From Eledone cirrhosa (taxonomy: Eukaryota): a stretch of DNA of 64,000 nt. How positions within the stretch are numbered: position 1 is the stretch's first letter; each line of letters begins with the position of its first letter. The notes beneath the pieces were generated by a model. That model was not told the origin of the DNA and searched no databases. It saw only the letters and a list, made by a program, of their open reading frames with translations. Below, piece after piece: positions 14,201 through 29,546 of this stretch. Location of the stretch: NCBI GenBank assembly GCA_964016885.1, contig OZ024758.1, positions 1,798,001 to 1,862,000 of the forward strand, written 5' to 3'. The translations under genes were made by a program, and so were the position numbers.

Positions 14201-17200
14201 ATAGAGGAAGAATTGACCCCGGTACTGGACAGGAAGTGAGAAAGAGATAGAGAGGATAGAACCAGAAAAAAGCAAAAAGATATGCCCAGAAAGACTAGAA
14301 GAATGGTGGAAATGGAGCAATACCAAATTGGTAAAGAGGCTAGTGCCTGGTATATTTAGCATGGGGAGAAACAGTGAAGAAGTTTACATATGTCTTGAGG
14401 ATCAGAACCATGAAGTGTTTCAGCTTACAAGAATGTTCTAGAGAAAGTAATGGGATATTTTAGGTTTTGGTGGTTTATCAAGTATTAAAGTAATGGGATA
14501 TTTTAGGTTTTGGTGGTTTATCAAGTATTAAAGTAATGGGATATTTTAGGTTTTGGTGGTTTATCAAGTATTAAAGTAATGGGATATTTTAGGTTTTGGT
14601 GGTTTATCAAGTATTAAAGTAATGGGATATTTTAGGTTTTGGTGGTTTATCAAGTATTAAAGTAATGGGATATTTTAGGTTTTGGTGGTTTATCAAGTAT
14701 TAAAGTAATGGGATATTTTAGGTTTTGGTGGTTTATCAAGTATTAGAGAAAGTAATGGGATATTTTAATAGTTTTTTATTTTATTTATCTATTTGCTATC
14801 AGGGAAGATGTACATACTGGAAGAGAGTATGTATACCAAGACATAAAATTTGAACAGGCATGTATATTATATAACATTGGCGCCTTGCATTCCATCCTCG
14901 GAGCTGCTGATACACGAACAACTGCAGAAGTAAGTAACCAACTATGTCGCCTATATCCTATCAATTGTTTGATATTGGGTGTTTGATATCGGACTGTTTG
15001 ATATTGACTGTTTGATATTGACTGTTTGATGTTGAGTGTTTGATAGCAGTTGTTTGATATCGGCTGTTTGATGTTGGGTGTTTGATATTGGGCTATTTGA
15101 TGTCGGACTATTTGATATCGGGCTGTTTGATATCAAGTGTTTGATGTTTGATATCAAGTGTTTGATGTTTGATATCAAGTGTTTGATGTTTGATACCAGC
15201 TGTTTGATGTGTTTGATACCAGCTGTTTGATGTGTTTGATACCAGCTGTTTGATATTCAATATATTTTGAATCTATTAATATAAACAAATACTTTATTGT
15301 ATTTCTCTCCCTTCTGTTTCAAACCTGACAATAATGCCATATTCTTCTGTTTAGGGTATGAAAGTATCCTGTACCCACTTTCAGTGTGCTGCTTGGGCAT
15401 TTGAATACCTCAGAGATTATTACACGGCATACAGCCAAGACCTCTCTCGAGAAATGATGTCTTTCCATGTAAATTTAATGCTTGTAAGTAATTAAACTGT
15501 ATTAAAGATTGTCGATAGTTTTACTGTTGTATCAACATTTTAGTGAAAGAATCTGTTTGAAATCTTATGTATTGCTCTTACAGATTATGTTAATATAGTT
15601 AAAACATTAGTTTTATTTGTTTCTTTCAGTGAAAATAACTTCATTAATATTAAAAAATGGAAAAGGAAGAGAAAGGCAAGGGCTCTTGGGTCACAGAAGA
15701 ATGTGAAAGGGAGGGGAGGGTGATTGGGGCTAGGGTGTGGTGGTGTTTGGGCACTGCTACATAGTCATAACTCTATATCTATACTACTGTGGTAAATAGT
15801 CATAACTCTATACTACAGTGGTAGTCATAATTCTACATCTATACTACAGAAAGGCATCATCATCATCTTCGTTTAACGTCCATTTTCCACGCTAGCATGG
15901 GTTAGCATCTAAATATATATTTTTTTCTCTGTTTTAGGCCCAAGCTCAAGAATGTATTCTTGAGAAGTCAATGAGTGATAGTCGCAAGAGCACAATTACA
16001 GCTAAAGTTGCAGCAGAGATTGTTGAGTATTACAAAATGGCAATGAAGAACTCGGCTATTGTCTATGATCAGGGAATTTTGGGTTCGAGTTTGTACAAGG
16101 TCAGTATAATTTCTAAACTTAAATAAATCCTTCTTATTTCTTCTAACTCAATATCTTTTTACTACTGTAATTCTTGGCATCGAAGACGCTACTCTTTTCC
16201 TAAAATAAGTTTCAAATATCTACTGTGCGTCCTGGAGGCCGAACATTGTTTATTATTTTTTTTTTCAAATTTTTGGTGTCAAAATTAGGGTGCGTCCTCG
16301 GGGACGGGAAATACGGTGTGTTCAGTTATTTTTTACAATAATGAGGTTTAGTAAAATTCAAATAATTTTTGTCATTATGGAGGAGTTAAAGTAAAAGAAA
16401 AAAGAATGAGAGAAAATATTTTGGGTATTTAGCTACAATCCTTTAGTTTATATTTGAATCCTGTCTAATGAGGAGGAAGCAGCCAAAATGGGGTTCCTCC
16501 GAAGAGTCTTTTGAGTAATGTTACTTGATAGAATGTATAGCTTGGAGATGAGAGAGTCGCTCCAGGTAGAGTCACTCATTCTCCAGATTGAGATGAGATC
16601 ACAGCTCTAATATTACGGACATGTAGTTAGAATGTCTCGGGAAAGAATCACTGGACAGATTTTATGAGCAAAACCAACTTTCAAAAGACCCAGGGGTAGA
16701 CTCCGAGCAAGATGGTTAGATAACATCCATCTGCTCAGCTGGTCTTATTTGGGGAACCAGCCAGATCATTGGAGATGGTTGCTTCTGACAGGACCAGCTG
16801 GAAGGAGTGTTTGACAACTCCTCCTCCATGACTCGTTCAGGAATAAGTGAGTAAAGACCCACTTAAAATTTGTGACCTTTTTGCTTCAAAATATATTTAT
16901 AATATGGGAGGAATACATTTATATGCATTCATTATAATAGAAATTTTTAAATGTAAATATATCTGCTGATTTAACCCTTTAGTATGTAAACCGGTTTTAT
17001 CCAGCCAAAATTCTCTCATCTCTTTCTGTTAAAAACCTACTTTAACCAGCCGCTTATACTGATGTTAAGGTATTGTTCTCAAAATAGATAATATCAAAAT
17101 CTCATAGATTTGATATTATGTGAGGTAAAGCCTTTACCACGAAAATACAATAACAAATAAAGAGTAATTTAAATACTAAAGGGTTAAAATTGAATTTCTA

Positions 17201-20200
17201 TTCAAGAAAATCTAGAAGAAAAGAATATTTATTTATTTTCTGTCTGTATTAAAATTTATTTTCATATTTCTTTCTCAATCTCAAATCCTTGAATTCTTAT
17301 TCTTTCTTTTCACCGAAGGCTTGGAAGAGACGAATGGAATGCAAAATGCTGTTTTACCAGTGTATTAAATACTTTTATCTTGGTCAACAAGCTGATGACC
17401 AACAGAAATGGGGAGAAAGGGTCACATATTTCTCAACTGCACATGACCGGTTGACAGAATGTATGAAACTCTCCAAAGTTAGTGGATTATTTTATTATTT
17501 ACTGGGGTTCTTTTCAACTCACTGGCATGTGTGTGTGTGTGCATACATTTATGTGTGTATGAGTATGTGGGTATATGAGTGCGTGTGTGTGTATAGGCGT
17601 ACATTTATATGTATCAGTATATAAATATAAATGCATTCACATACACTTACAAAAATACACACTCAGGCATACATTCACACACACACGCACACATACATTC
17701 ACACACACACACATTGTGTGATGGATAAACGGGAGTCGTTCAAATTTATATATAGATCACTAGGATGAGAGCAATGACATCTCTCTCCCACCCCTCTCTC
17801 CGTCTCTCATACACAAAAAATTAGAATACACAATTTTACCCCAATTTTACATATCAAAGTTAACTTCACGCAAGTAATTGGAATTGAAAGGTTATACTTA
17901 CAAGTATTAAGTTAAAAAATTCTAACCATCCTAAAAGTAAAAAGTCCAGCTGAGGGCACAAATAAATTGCTATGGGCATCTCTGATGGGGCCCTCTACTG
18001 GAGGGGGCCTGGAGCAATTGCTCCTTTGCCCCCCCCCCCCCCCCCCATTAAATCCGACCTTGCAATTCTAAGTTTTAATCAAATTGTCTCTGTTTTCTAA
18101 TACAGGCAGATGATATGCAGGACCCATTACAGTTTACATTTGATGTTGTTGTAGGCAAGTAAGTAAATTGAGTTTTCTATAAGGATCTTATTAAGTCTCT
18201 AATATATCTCCAAAGTTCTATATCCCCTGATGACACTTACCCAGTATATCTATACTTAAAACTATTCCACTTTAAGTTAATAGATAATTCTGTATTGAAC
18301 TTCATTTTTGTTAAATAATTTTGTACTTTCAGATTTGAGTCATCTAAAAAAGATAATGATTTTATATATCATGAAAAAGTACCAGATATAGAATGTCTCC
18401 CGGAAGTTAAAGGTAATTCAGTTTCTGTTTAATTCAGAAAGTCTTTGTTTTTCCTTATAACCCTCCCGTCTGATGTTTTGTTTTAAGGTTTATTTAAAAC
18501 AGAGATTCCCAAACGTTTGAATCTGTTGACTCTGTTATAAACCAACCGAGACTTCATTACATCTACAATTAAAAATTCAGTAAAATGGTGTAATGAGGAT
18601 TGGCTGAGAAGTTCTAGGCTGACCAAGATACTCTCATAGATCCCTGGAAAGAAACACTACAGTTATTAATAAGAGGAGTTGACCATGAAATTTTCAGTTT
18701 ACCCTTGTAATAATTCCAGTTGGTGGTGCTCCAATCTGACTTAATATTACTTTATCTTTCAATCTCATGTAAAACTGAAATCTTACTTCTGATTTTATTT
18801 TATTGCTCACTGTCTCTTCCTTTTCTCGACAATATATATTAAATGGTAAATGTTTTTAAAATATATTATTCTAGGAGCATCACTAGTCAAAGGAATTCCT
18901 TTTAATCCAAATGACCCAGAAATATCTGGACCGGATATCTTCCAAAAACTTGTACCAATAGAAGCCCATGAAGCAGCATCACTTTACAGGTTGGTTGACA
19001 AGTTGTTTATTGTTTTTATCATCATCATCATCATCATCGTTATCAACAATATAATTAAACAGCGTAGTAATATATTAAACATATACATATCGTCATCAGC
19101 GCCATCTGTACTCCAATTACGACAGCTTAACCTACTTTGAAACGATATAAATGAGAAGTATCACATCCTGGTAGAATGTAGACATCAAAACCAAATAATT
19201 CACATACCTTGTGAAAAATATTCTTAGTAACTCCACTAATAGTAAATCAAATTTTAGTAGCCCTACTAACAATAAAATCTTAGTAGCTCCACTAACAATA
19301 TATTCTTAGTAGCTCCACTAACAATATATTCTTAGTAGCTCCACTAACAATATATTCTTAGTAGCTCCACTAACAGTTGAAATATTCTTAGTAGCCCTAC
19401 TAACAATAAATGAAAGTAATTTTTTTGTTTCATCTTACAGTGAAGAAAAAGCGAAAATCTCTCGGAAATTAACTGGAATGATTGAAGAAAAAAATGAAGA
19501 ACTAGAGTATGTAAACTATTTTGTATTAATTTCTGTTTTGTCTTTAATGACATGATTGTTGTAATAAGGGGTGGTGGATTGGCAGAATTGGTATAGTATC
19601 AGATATGGTGATATTACAGTATATTACACCTGTCATGATTGGTAGAATATCAGATATGATGTTACAGTATATTACACCTGTCATGAAAGTCTTCTTCTGC
19701 ATCACCCACTTATTCCTGAGAGGGTTGTAGGGCAAAGTCCTCAAACACTCCTCTCAGCAGGTCCTGAAAGTCAATCTCGTTATTTCCCATTAATAGATAC
19801 TGCTGATTACTAACAATTATTAGATGTTTCATTGTATTTTATGCGAATGCAGTTTAATGTTTTTCATGGGGAATTGTCAGTCTTTAGAATGTTGGATAGA
19901 ATGCTCTATGGTATTTGTTCTGACTCTCTGAGTTCAAATCCTGCATCAACTTTGCCTTTCATCCTTTCGTGGTCAATAAAAAAAGTACCAGTCTAATACT
20001 GGGGTCGATTCTCCCTCTATATCTCTTTCTCATTTCCTCTCCCTCACTTTCTATCTTTCTCTGAGAGAAATCTGCTGTACTGAAGCCTGGAGAGGGAAGG
20101 GCTCCAACTGGCTTTAAAATGGCGAAGAAATGCTGTTTATCAACGCGGCACCCCTACGACTATCAGGAGTTACGGGACCATACGTACATACTAAATATTC

Positions 20201-23200
20201 ATATTTAAAAATTATACTTTTATTTTACTTTTATAATATTTTTTTTTGTTTTGTTTGTTTCCAGACATTTTCTTAATTCATTACAATTAGAGAAAAGTAT
20301 TCTAGAACCTGAAGCAAGCCGTTTACCACAAGACTTGCTGGAAAGGTGTGCTGCTATCAGTGCACGGCCAAATGCAATCAAAGACCTGGTTGATGTTATG
20401 GGGAGTAAGTGTTTTCTTCTAACTTACTTGAATTGTTTGAGTAACTCACATTGTTAAGATCTTTAATGCACCATTTGAATATTTGTTATGCTTGAATACC
20501 TGGTCTGTTGTTGTCTTGTCTCACCCTTGCTAGTAAGGAATGTGGTTAACTGATGACCTACTGGATCAAAGCTATTGAACTTGAGCTGTTGACCTTGAGC
20601 TGTCGAACTTGTGTGTGTGAGGGGGGGGGGTATATTAGACCCTATTTAACCCATGTCGGCATGGAAAACAATGATGGTGATGATATTAGAGATAATTAAA
20701 AAAATATATTATTCTTCGTTTCCAGAGCTCTCTGGTTTTGCAACTGAAGTTGAGATGGGAATCAAAGAAGTCAAAGAACTAATTGAGAAGGAAACAAAAT
20801 CGGAAGAAGAATTTGAAGTAAGAATTTAAATATTGGCTTTTCACTTCTCCTTTTTAACTCAGTGTCCCATATGCAAAGAGGATTTGATTGAACCAAGGGG
20901 TCCTCCTGACATCCGGTGCCTGTGCAGTCATTTCTGGTGCCTCACCTGAATAGTGGAGTTTCCATCCATCCAAATCTACAGTATCAGAGCCAAGAAACTT
21001 TGTTGAGGACACCCTGGTTATATGATAACTAATCATCATATGTGGTGGCCATATTGCTATCTGCCACCTGCGACCCATTCTCTAGCAGAACAACTCTGCC
21101 AAGAAATTTCACACAAGTAACTCATTAAATGTATTTGCTTGTTAAATTGATGTAAAACACTGTAAATGAATGTGGCATAATCTATTTTCTCCTAAGTTAT
21201 GTTTTATATTTTATTTCCTAGAAAACATTTGGTAAAAGACCTCCTATGTCAATCCTCAACCAAATCCAGAAAGACGGTGAATTATACGAATCTGGGCATG
21301 CTAGGGGCAGTAAGTCTAATAAAGATCTTCACAAAGCAATGAATTCTCATGTTGCCAACTTAAAATTAATCAGTGGACCTCTTGAAGACATACAAGGCTC
21401 TTTACCCAATTACAACAGTATTAAAAGTAAGGTTCAAGTTGTTTGATTTACTTTTTAGTCTCATTTGTATGATAGTGGACACCTTTCTGTCTTGTTAGAC
21501 CTCTTCAGCAAAGCATTGGAATTCATGTGTAAACAATATAAAGCCCAAGGAGAAAGAATTTAAGAGTTATCATCAGCATAGTAAGTAAATGGGGATGTGA
21601 TTGCTGATATACTTAATATGGCAATTAATAAGGCAATTAATGATGATGTTTGAAACAAATCTAGATTTAATTGTATCATTTGCAGATCCTGAAGAAGAAG
21701 CCATCCAAAAAGAGCTGAAGAAATTGTTGGCAAAAGTGGATGAGATGAAAACACAGCGGGTTATGCTTGAGGAACAATTTCGTACCAAAATACAAGAAGA
21801 TGATATCACAAATGTTTTGGTAACACAAGAAGCAAACAAACAGGTTATTTAATATATAAGTAGTTTTCTTATCTTATTGTAAACATCTGATAGTTGGAGT
21901 ACGTGTGTTTAGAAAGCTGTACAATGCAAGTGAGGTAGATTACCAAGGTAACAAGTCAGAAGGGAATTGAGATAATTGAGGTAGAAAGCAAAAGTAGGAG
22001 TAGGAAAATACAAGAAAACAAAGAATGACTGAAAGTTACCTTAGCAACTCTTTAGTCCCCAAATTTTTCAGATTAACTATCCATTATTAAGGTGGGGTTC
22101 TGTGTGCAAGATGCACCCATTGTGAATGTTTATATGTATTGGTGTGTGCATGTATGCAAGAGAGTGTGTAAGCTTGTAATCCTATAATTGGTTTAAAGTT
22201 ATTGTAGCTACACAGGTTTCACCATTTCCATCCAAGTCTTCCGTGGTCTTCCATGGTTGATGTCTTAATGGTTAATTTATCTTTTCTATAATTGAACAAG
22301 AGAAGCATTGAATTTAAAGTTAACATCTTTAATACATTATTATTGCTGGTGACATGACAAATAAGCACCTAGTTCACCCTGCAGGGTGGTTGTGCTGGGG
22401 ACATGAGGCAAAAAGCATCCAGTTCACCCTGTAAGGTGGTCCTGTTAGTGCCTCGATAAAAAGCACCCACTCCACACTGTAATGTGGTTGGCCTTATGAA
22501 GGGCATCTAGCCATAGAAACCAAGCCAAAATGCAGTTCTCGGTTGGGTGACCATGTCTCGCTCATATAGGACAGTTTTTGATGTTGATATTTAAAATTTA
22601 AAAAAATAATATTCTAATAATTTCTAATTAACAGGAAATATTTGAAGAACAGTTGAAAAAACATGATAAAACAATCAATTTGATTGAACAAAATCTTGCT
22701 GCCCAAGAAAATATTTTACGAGCTTTAACAAATGCAAATGCCAAATTTGCTAATACTCGAAAAACAATAACTGAGATTAAGGTGAAGTAAGTGATAATGT
22801 TTCTATTTTAAGATATCGGTGAGAACATTATCTGCCATTACCATATTCTGATATTAGTCTTCACTGGTGTTGTGTTTCTTTTCTTTCTTTCTATAGAACA
22901 CATATTTTTCAAATATATGTTTATATAAATATATATATCATAAACATTTATAAATTTATGGTTATATATTATATATATCATAATCTAATCTATCTAATCT
23001 AATCTGGCCGAGTTTACACTCTCAAATAAGAAGAACCAGGGTCACTGCTTCTCCTGAAGGTCAATAGTTCTTAGGGGTGCCTTTCCATTGTCAATTTGCA
23101 TTGATCATCTGTAAAGCCGCATCGTTCTCAGAACCACTACACCAGTATTTCGATGCGAGTAATGGAATACTGCCACCCATTAATTTGGCAAGATTTTTTT

Positions 23201-26200
23201 TTTTGTTTTTTTTTATAAATGGCTATTGATTCTTATGAGTTCTTCTGCCCTTTGTCAGGTTTTGTTTTTTGTCCTGTAGGGTGTCCAAAATTACCCTCCT
23301 CATAAACATAAATTTATGTTTATATAAATGTTATATATATCGTAAACATTTTTTATAATAGTGAACTTTATCTATTTTTTTTGTTTTCTTTCATGAAATT
23401 CAGACGAGAAACATTGATCAAAGAATTGATGAACAGTTACGATGTTTACGAAGACTTGTTAGCAAAATCACATAAAGGTCTTGAGTTTTATACAAAATTA
23501 GAGGCCAGCATTGAACAGTTGCTACGCCGAACCCGGAGTGTCTGCCAAGTACAAGAGGAGGAGAGGGACCAAATCAAAAACAAATACAACACCAAAAGTA
23601 AGTACGTTGTAATTTACAAACCATAGCAACATTTAAACATTAGACATTCTTTGGTGATATGACAAAAAGTGGCCAGCCCACACTGTAAAGTGGTTATTTT
23701 GGTGCTACAATAAAAGGTACTCGGTCCACACTGTAAAAGTGTTTGGCGTTAGGAAGGGCATCCAGCCGTACAAACCAAGCCAGAAACAGTTTTGTATGAG
23801 CAAGACACAGTCATCTGACTTGACTTGCCTCACAGCAGGACAACTCGTCTAACCCATGCTAGTGTGGAAAATGGATGTTAAATGAGGATTATTAGTAGTT
23901 GTAGATCATATGTGTAGCAAGTGTCTGTCTGTCTGTCCCTGCTTACATTGATCCATTATTTCTATGCGAGATAAATTGAGGAAGGAAGGGGTGATGACAT
24001 CACACACTAGAGATGACTGAGGAAGGAAGGGATGATGACAAACTACAGGAAGCAGCATCTAACATTCACTGCACCTGTGTGTATATATGTATAACTAATC
24101 AACCAACAAAACAAACAAACATCTCTTTTTTTATATTATGTATAGATATTACAATTAGCCATCATATTTGACAGCAAGAGGCCAGCTACTAATAATAATA
24201 ATAATAATAATACACAGGATTACATTTTTTTATTGTTTCATGTTAATTTTGACAGGTCCTGCTCCAGCCAGACCTGCTGCACCGAAACCTGGCAGCAATG
24301 TGCAACCATCATTACCAAGCTTTGACGGACCAAAACTTAAGGACTATCTACCTTATATGAAACCAGCTACTTTTGGAAAAGGTGCTAAGGGCCAAACAGA
24401 TAACCACTCGAGTGGTTCATCAACACCTGATGGCTCTGTCAGTTTACCTGATTTAACTGCGACATCAGTGGCTTTACATCATGAAAGAGATGGAGGGGGA
24501 AGTAGCGGGCCAGTAGGACCTCTCTCCCATAGCAACCAGGTATTTTGATCACTCAACATTTATTGTATTATCTCCCTTTTCTAGATTTGTTTTCTTGTGA
24601 TGGAAATGAGCTTTTGTTTTCCATTACTTTCCCTTGCAGAGTGCTGACTCTCAACAGTTTATTGTGACTGCAGCTCCTTGTAAACCATCTAGCAGTGCAG
24701 ATGATGGTGCCATGTCTGTACCAGCTTCTGGTACTTCTGTGGAAATGGGTAGAACTATGCCACTTACAGGTCCATCATACATGGCACAAGAGCAACAACA
24801 GCCTCAGCAATGCACACCACCACCACCACCACCACCACTACTGCAACGTCAACAACACACCACTAATACAGTTTCTGCTGTGGCCACACCCATTGCTTCA
24901 CCAACTCTGGATGTTCAGGCTTATTCACATGTATTGCGTAGCAGTGCTGGAGTTAACAGTACTTTCAACTGGCAGCAAGGAATCAGTGTCTCTGCAAATA
25001 TGCAGGTAGGATCTTCCTTAATAAGTTCCTCTTGAGAGATAAAACCACTGAAATATTTAGGTGCCTAATGAAAAACTTAAACAATATGTACTTTTGTGAT
25101 GTGAAGATAAATTTAAGTACAAATGAAGTGAAGAAATAAAATAATTATATTTTCTGTTTAACTACAGTAGAGATCAAATCAAATTTAAATACATTTTTAG
25201 GCTCCCATCATTTCAGAAAATATTTTTTGTTTTGTCTGATATTTTATTTTAATCATTCGATATGTCATTACTTTTTTTTCTTTGAATATTATAAACCATT
25301 AACTTTAAATTTCGAAATCTTTTTATACTCTTTATATTTTGATAATGTGTGTAAGTGGGACTAAAGACGGTTATTTCTGAGAACGAGATACTTTTTCCAA
25401 CGAAACAGTAAGGTTTAACCCTAACTGACATATCAAATATATTTTATTTGACTATGTGAAGTAGCTCCCCTCTGGGTTGTGCCTAAGCTTTCTATCCCCA
25501 AAAAGATTTGACCCTAAATGACATGCCAAACTCCTCTTTTATTTGACTATCTGAAGTAGTGCTTCTCTGAGTTGCTCCTAAGCTTTCTCACCCCCCAAAG
25601 AGTTACTCAAGAGCTATAATAAATCTGAAAAACATTTCAGAACATACCACATATCACTGGATATAAGATTACTCCAAATATAAGGTGACCCTTATTTTCC
25701 TGATGAGAAACTTATAAGACTTTCTGAGGATTTGAATACTGGGTAATCATGCATTGCTTTTCATATTCAAGTGAATCTTATGTATGATTGTATTGATCTG
25801 CAACCATACATTTTCAATATGATCAAATCAAAATTCAGATCCTCATGTATTTATTTTGACACCAGAAGGCTTGTAGGTAGAGCCACAACTTCTCCAAATT
25901 GGGAAATCACAGCTCCGATACTATGGGGGGCATGTGGTTTGAATGTCTCAAGAAAGAATCACTGGACAGATTTTACAGGCAAAAACCAACCGGCAGGAGA
26001 CCCAGGGATAGACTCCGGGCAAGATGGTTGGATAACATCCATGAGCTCGGCTGGTCATGTTTGGGGATTCAACCGGATCGGTTGGAGATGGTTGCTTCTG
26101 ACAGGACCAGCTGGAAGGAGTGTTTGAGGACTCTGCCCCCATGACCCTCTCAGGAATAAGTGGGCAAAGGAGAACAACTTGTGTGCTCTACCAATTCTGC

Positions 26201-29148
26201 TGTCTACTGTTCTATGATTGATAATAATAATTTCTGAATTGTAAGTTTTTAGGGTAACATACATTCTATATATGTGATACGATAGTCCTGTATTTCCTGA
26301 GAGATATACAGCATTTCTACAGGCTGGATGTTTTTTTTGTTGTGATACCAACATAACTTTACAGTGTAAGGGTGGTGTGGAGAGAAGTGGGTGTGTGCGT
26401 GTTGAGGCATGGGAGGTGTATGGAGGGGGGTATCGTGGTTAACTGACTACTAGAAGTACGGTGCCTACTAGAAGTATGGAGCTTACCGACTATATAGAGT
26501 ACATGTTTTAAAACATTTTAATAGCCACCTGCATGAAACTACCCTGGTTTTATGTTCAAATCATAATTATATGTAAAAATCTTTATTTTCCAAACACCAA
26601 ATTAATGAGAAAGTTTGACTAAATCCTTCCAGATTATTGATAATTATTTGATAATAATTACGGCCCTTTATGGTCTGAGTTCAAATCCCGCTGAGGTTAA
26701 CTTTGCCTTTCATCCTTACAGGGTCGATAAAATAAAGTACCAGTAATACACTGAGATAATTGCTGGCCTTGTGCCAAAAGTAGAAACAATTATTTGATAA
26801 TAATAAAGTGTCTTTTATTAGAAATATATTAACAAAAGTGTTAATTTTTCAGAATAAAAGCTTCTCTCACTTCATCATTTTTTAATATTAGTTTTTATAA
26901 AAAATGAACTCTCTCTTTTGAAATTTCCAAAATGAATTTCAATGTAATTATTTAACTGATATCTGTAATATAATGTTGAATAAATGAAACTTTAATTAGT
27001 TCATTAAATAAATGTCTAATTATACATAAGATTAAATATATCTGAAGTGTTCATTTTGTTTATTTTGTTGTTGTTTCCAGACTGGTGGACAACAATACTA
27101 TCATTCTCAAGATGTTCAGCAACCCCAGCAGTACCCACCCAATACCAGTGTTCCCAGCACATTAGCTCAAACTGCTCATCACCTTCACTATCCAAACCAG
27201 CAGCAAATACCTGTTACGAATTACCAAGCCACTCCTGTTAGCCATATTGACTCTATGTATCCTGACTTATATAGCTCTTATCAACCAATTTATAGCCCAA
27301 ATATTCCAGAAGCGCACCAAAGACAGCATATTCCTTATTCTATGCCTCCATCCACAGCTGCAGCTTGTACACATCCGCAGATTTATAACACACAAGTGGC
27401 ACCACAACACACTTATGTCGACAGATTCTCAGTTCCACAGCCAGGATATTCTTCACCATCGAGAACTCCACCCATCCAACAAAGCCGCATTCCTGGACCA
27501 CCAGCACAACAAACTGTTTATGGTCAAGTGGTTCCCCAACAGCAGCAGTATCCTAGTAGTACTCAACCAGTTCCCTACCAAATAGCTTCTGCTCAGCCTA
27601 TTCCTGTTTCACAAGGTCAAGTGCCAACTCCGAGATGGAACCCTAATATGGATCCTTCTCACAGCCCTTCACACGCTCAATATCAGGCCCCTAGTGCCAA
27701 CCAACCACAGCAGCCACCATCTTCAATGGGTTACATTCATTCCACTGGCAACTATGGAATAACAAGCCAGTCTGTTGGACAGAATCAACCAATACCTTGG
27801 ACATCACCGTCCAAGATGGCAGCTGGCAGTGGACATCCCTCTGGTCAGTATATGAGCAATGTGCCCTTGCAGCATGTACCCCAACAACAGCTGCAGCAGT
27901 TGCAGCAGCCTGCTTCTTTGAACTGTCCCCCGAGTTCCACATCACAGTATGGTCAGCAGCATCCTACATTTGTAGGACAAGGTCAGCCTCCACAGGGACA
28001 GCCACACCACCACCCACAGCCCCAGTCTCAACATCTCCCACAACCCCAGGGCCAACTCCCACCACAACCCCAATCTCAACATCTCCCACAACCCCAAGGC
28101 CAACTCCCACAACCACATCCTCAGGGCCAACTCCCACAACTCCAGGCTCAACATCTCCCACAACCCCAGAGCCAACGCCCACCACCACAACCCCAGGGCC
28201 AACGCCCACCACCACAACCCCAGGGCCAACTCCCACCACAACCCCAGTCTCAACATCTCCCACAACCCCAGTCTCAACATCTCCCACAACCCCAGAGCCA
28301 ACTCCCACCACAACCCCAGTCTCAACATCTCCCACAACCCCAGTCTCAACATCTCCCACAACCCCAGGGCCAACTCCCACCACAACCCCAGGGCCAACTC
28401 CCACCACAACCCCAGGGCCAACTCCCACCACAACCCCAGGCCCAACTCCCACCACAACCCCAGGGCCAACTCCCACCACAACCCCAGGGCCAACTCCCAC
28501 CACAACCCCAGGCCCAACTCCCACCACAACCCCAGGGCCAACTCCCACAACACATTATGACAGCCCAGCCATCGTCAGCCGGTGAGTTTCTTTATTATTT
28601 TATCTTATAAGAGTTGATATTTCTTTCTTTCATACACTTTAAATGTGGTTGGCATTAGGGAGGGGCATCCAGGCATTAGGGAGGGGCATCCAGGCATTAG
28701 GGAGGGGCATCCAGGCATTAGGGAGGGGCATCCAGGCATTAGGGAGGGGCATCCAGGCATTAGGGAGGGGCATCCAGGCATTAGGGAGGGGCATCCAGGC
28801 ATTAGGGAGGGGCATCCAGCCATAGAAACCAAGCCAGAAACTGTCCTATATGAGCAAGACACGGTCACCTGACTCAACTTGTCTCTAATGGGACAACCTG
28901 TCTAACCCATGCTAGCGTGGAAGACAGACATTAAACGATGATGATGACTGTCACTGTAACCAAATCTATATAGAATGTGTGCAGTTGTAAGGGGTTTCCT
29001 GTCTAACCTTGTTATATCATATTTGTAATGAGACGACTGCAAGAGAAGTTCTGACTTGGAGAATGTCTTTAATATGATCTGTCACATCATCTGGTCATCT
29101 GGGATATTACATGCCCCTCCTCTCTCCCCTTCTGTCTCTCTGTCTGTC

Positions 29149-29203
<55 letters not shown>

Positions 29204-29509
29204 CTGTGTATGTATGTATATATATATATATTTATTAAAATAACATTAAAATTTAAGCAAACAATCGCTACTTTCACCCTTAACGGGATCTTCTGAATAT
29301 ATACATATATACACACACACATATATATATATTTATATATAGTATTGATACATAAGGGAACAAAGAATCAGTGTTGCATCATTTACATATTTAATTACAT
29401 ATTACATATTACATATGTTTCACTGTCGATCAGCTCGGGGAATGATCTATGATTGATCGAACCTGACTCTGGAATCGGAAGCTCCTCAGATATGTTGTAA
29501 CATGTAGAC

Positions 29510-29546
<37 letters not shown>

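Noticed and set aside
14444-14766. CRISPR-like repeat
   Set aside because: Contiguous 43-bp units without spacers; eukaryotic intron.
27797-28585. Alternative-frame and antisense ORFs (PTPTTT, LWWELALG, VVVGVGPG)
   Set aside because: Shadows of the 24-bp coding repeat of PTPN23.
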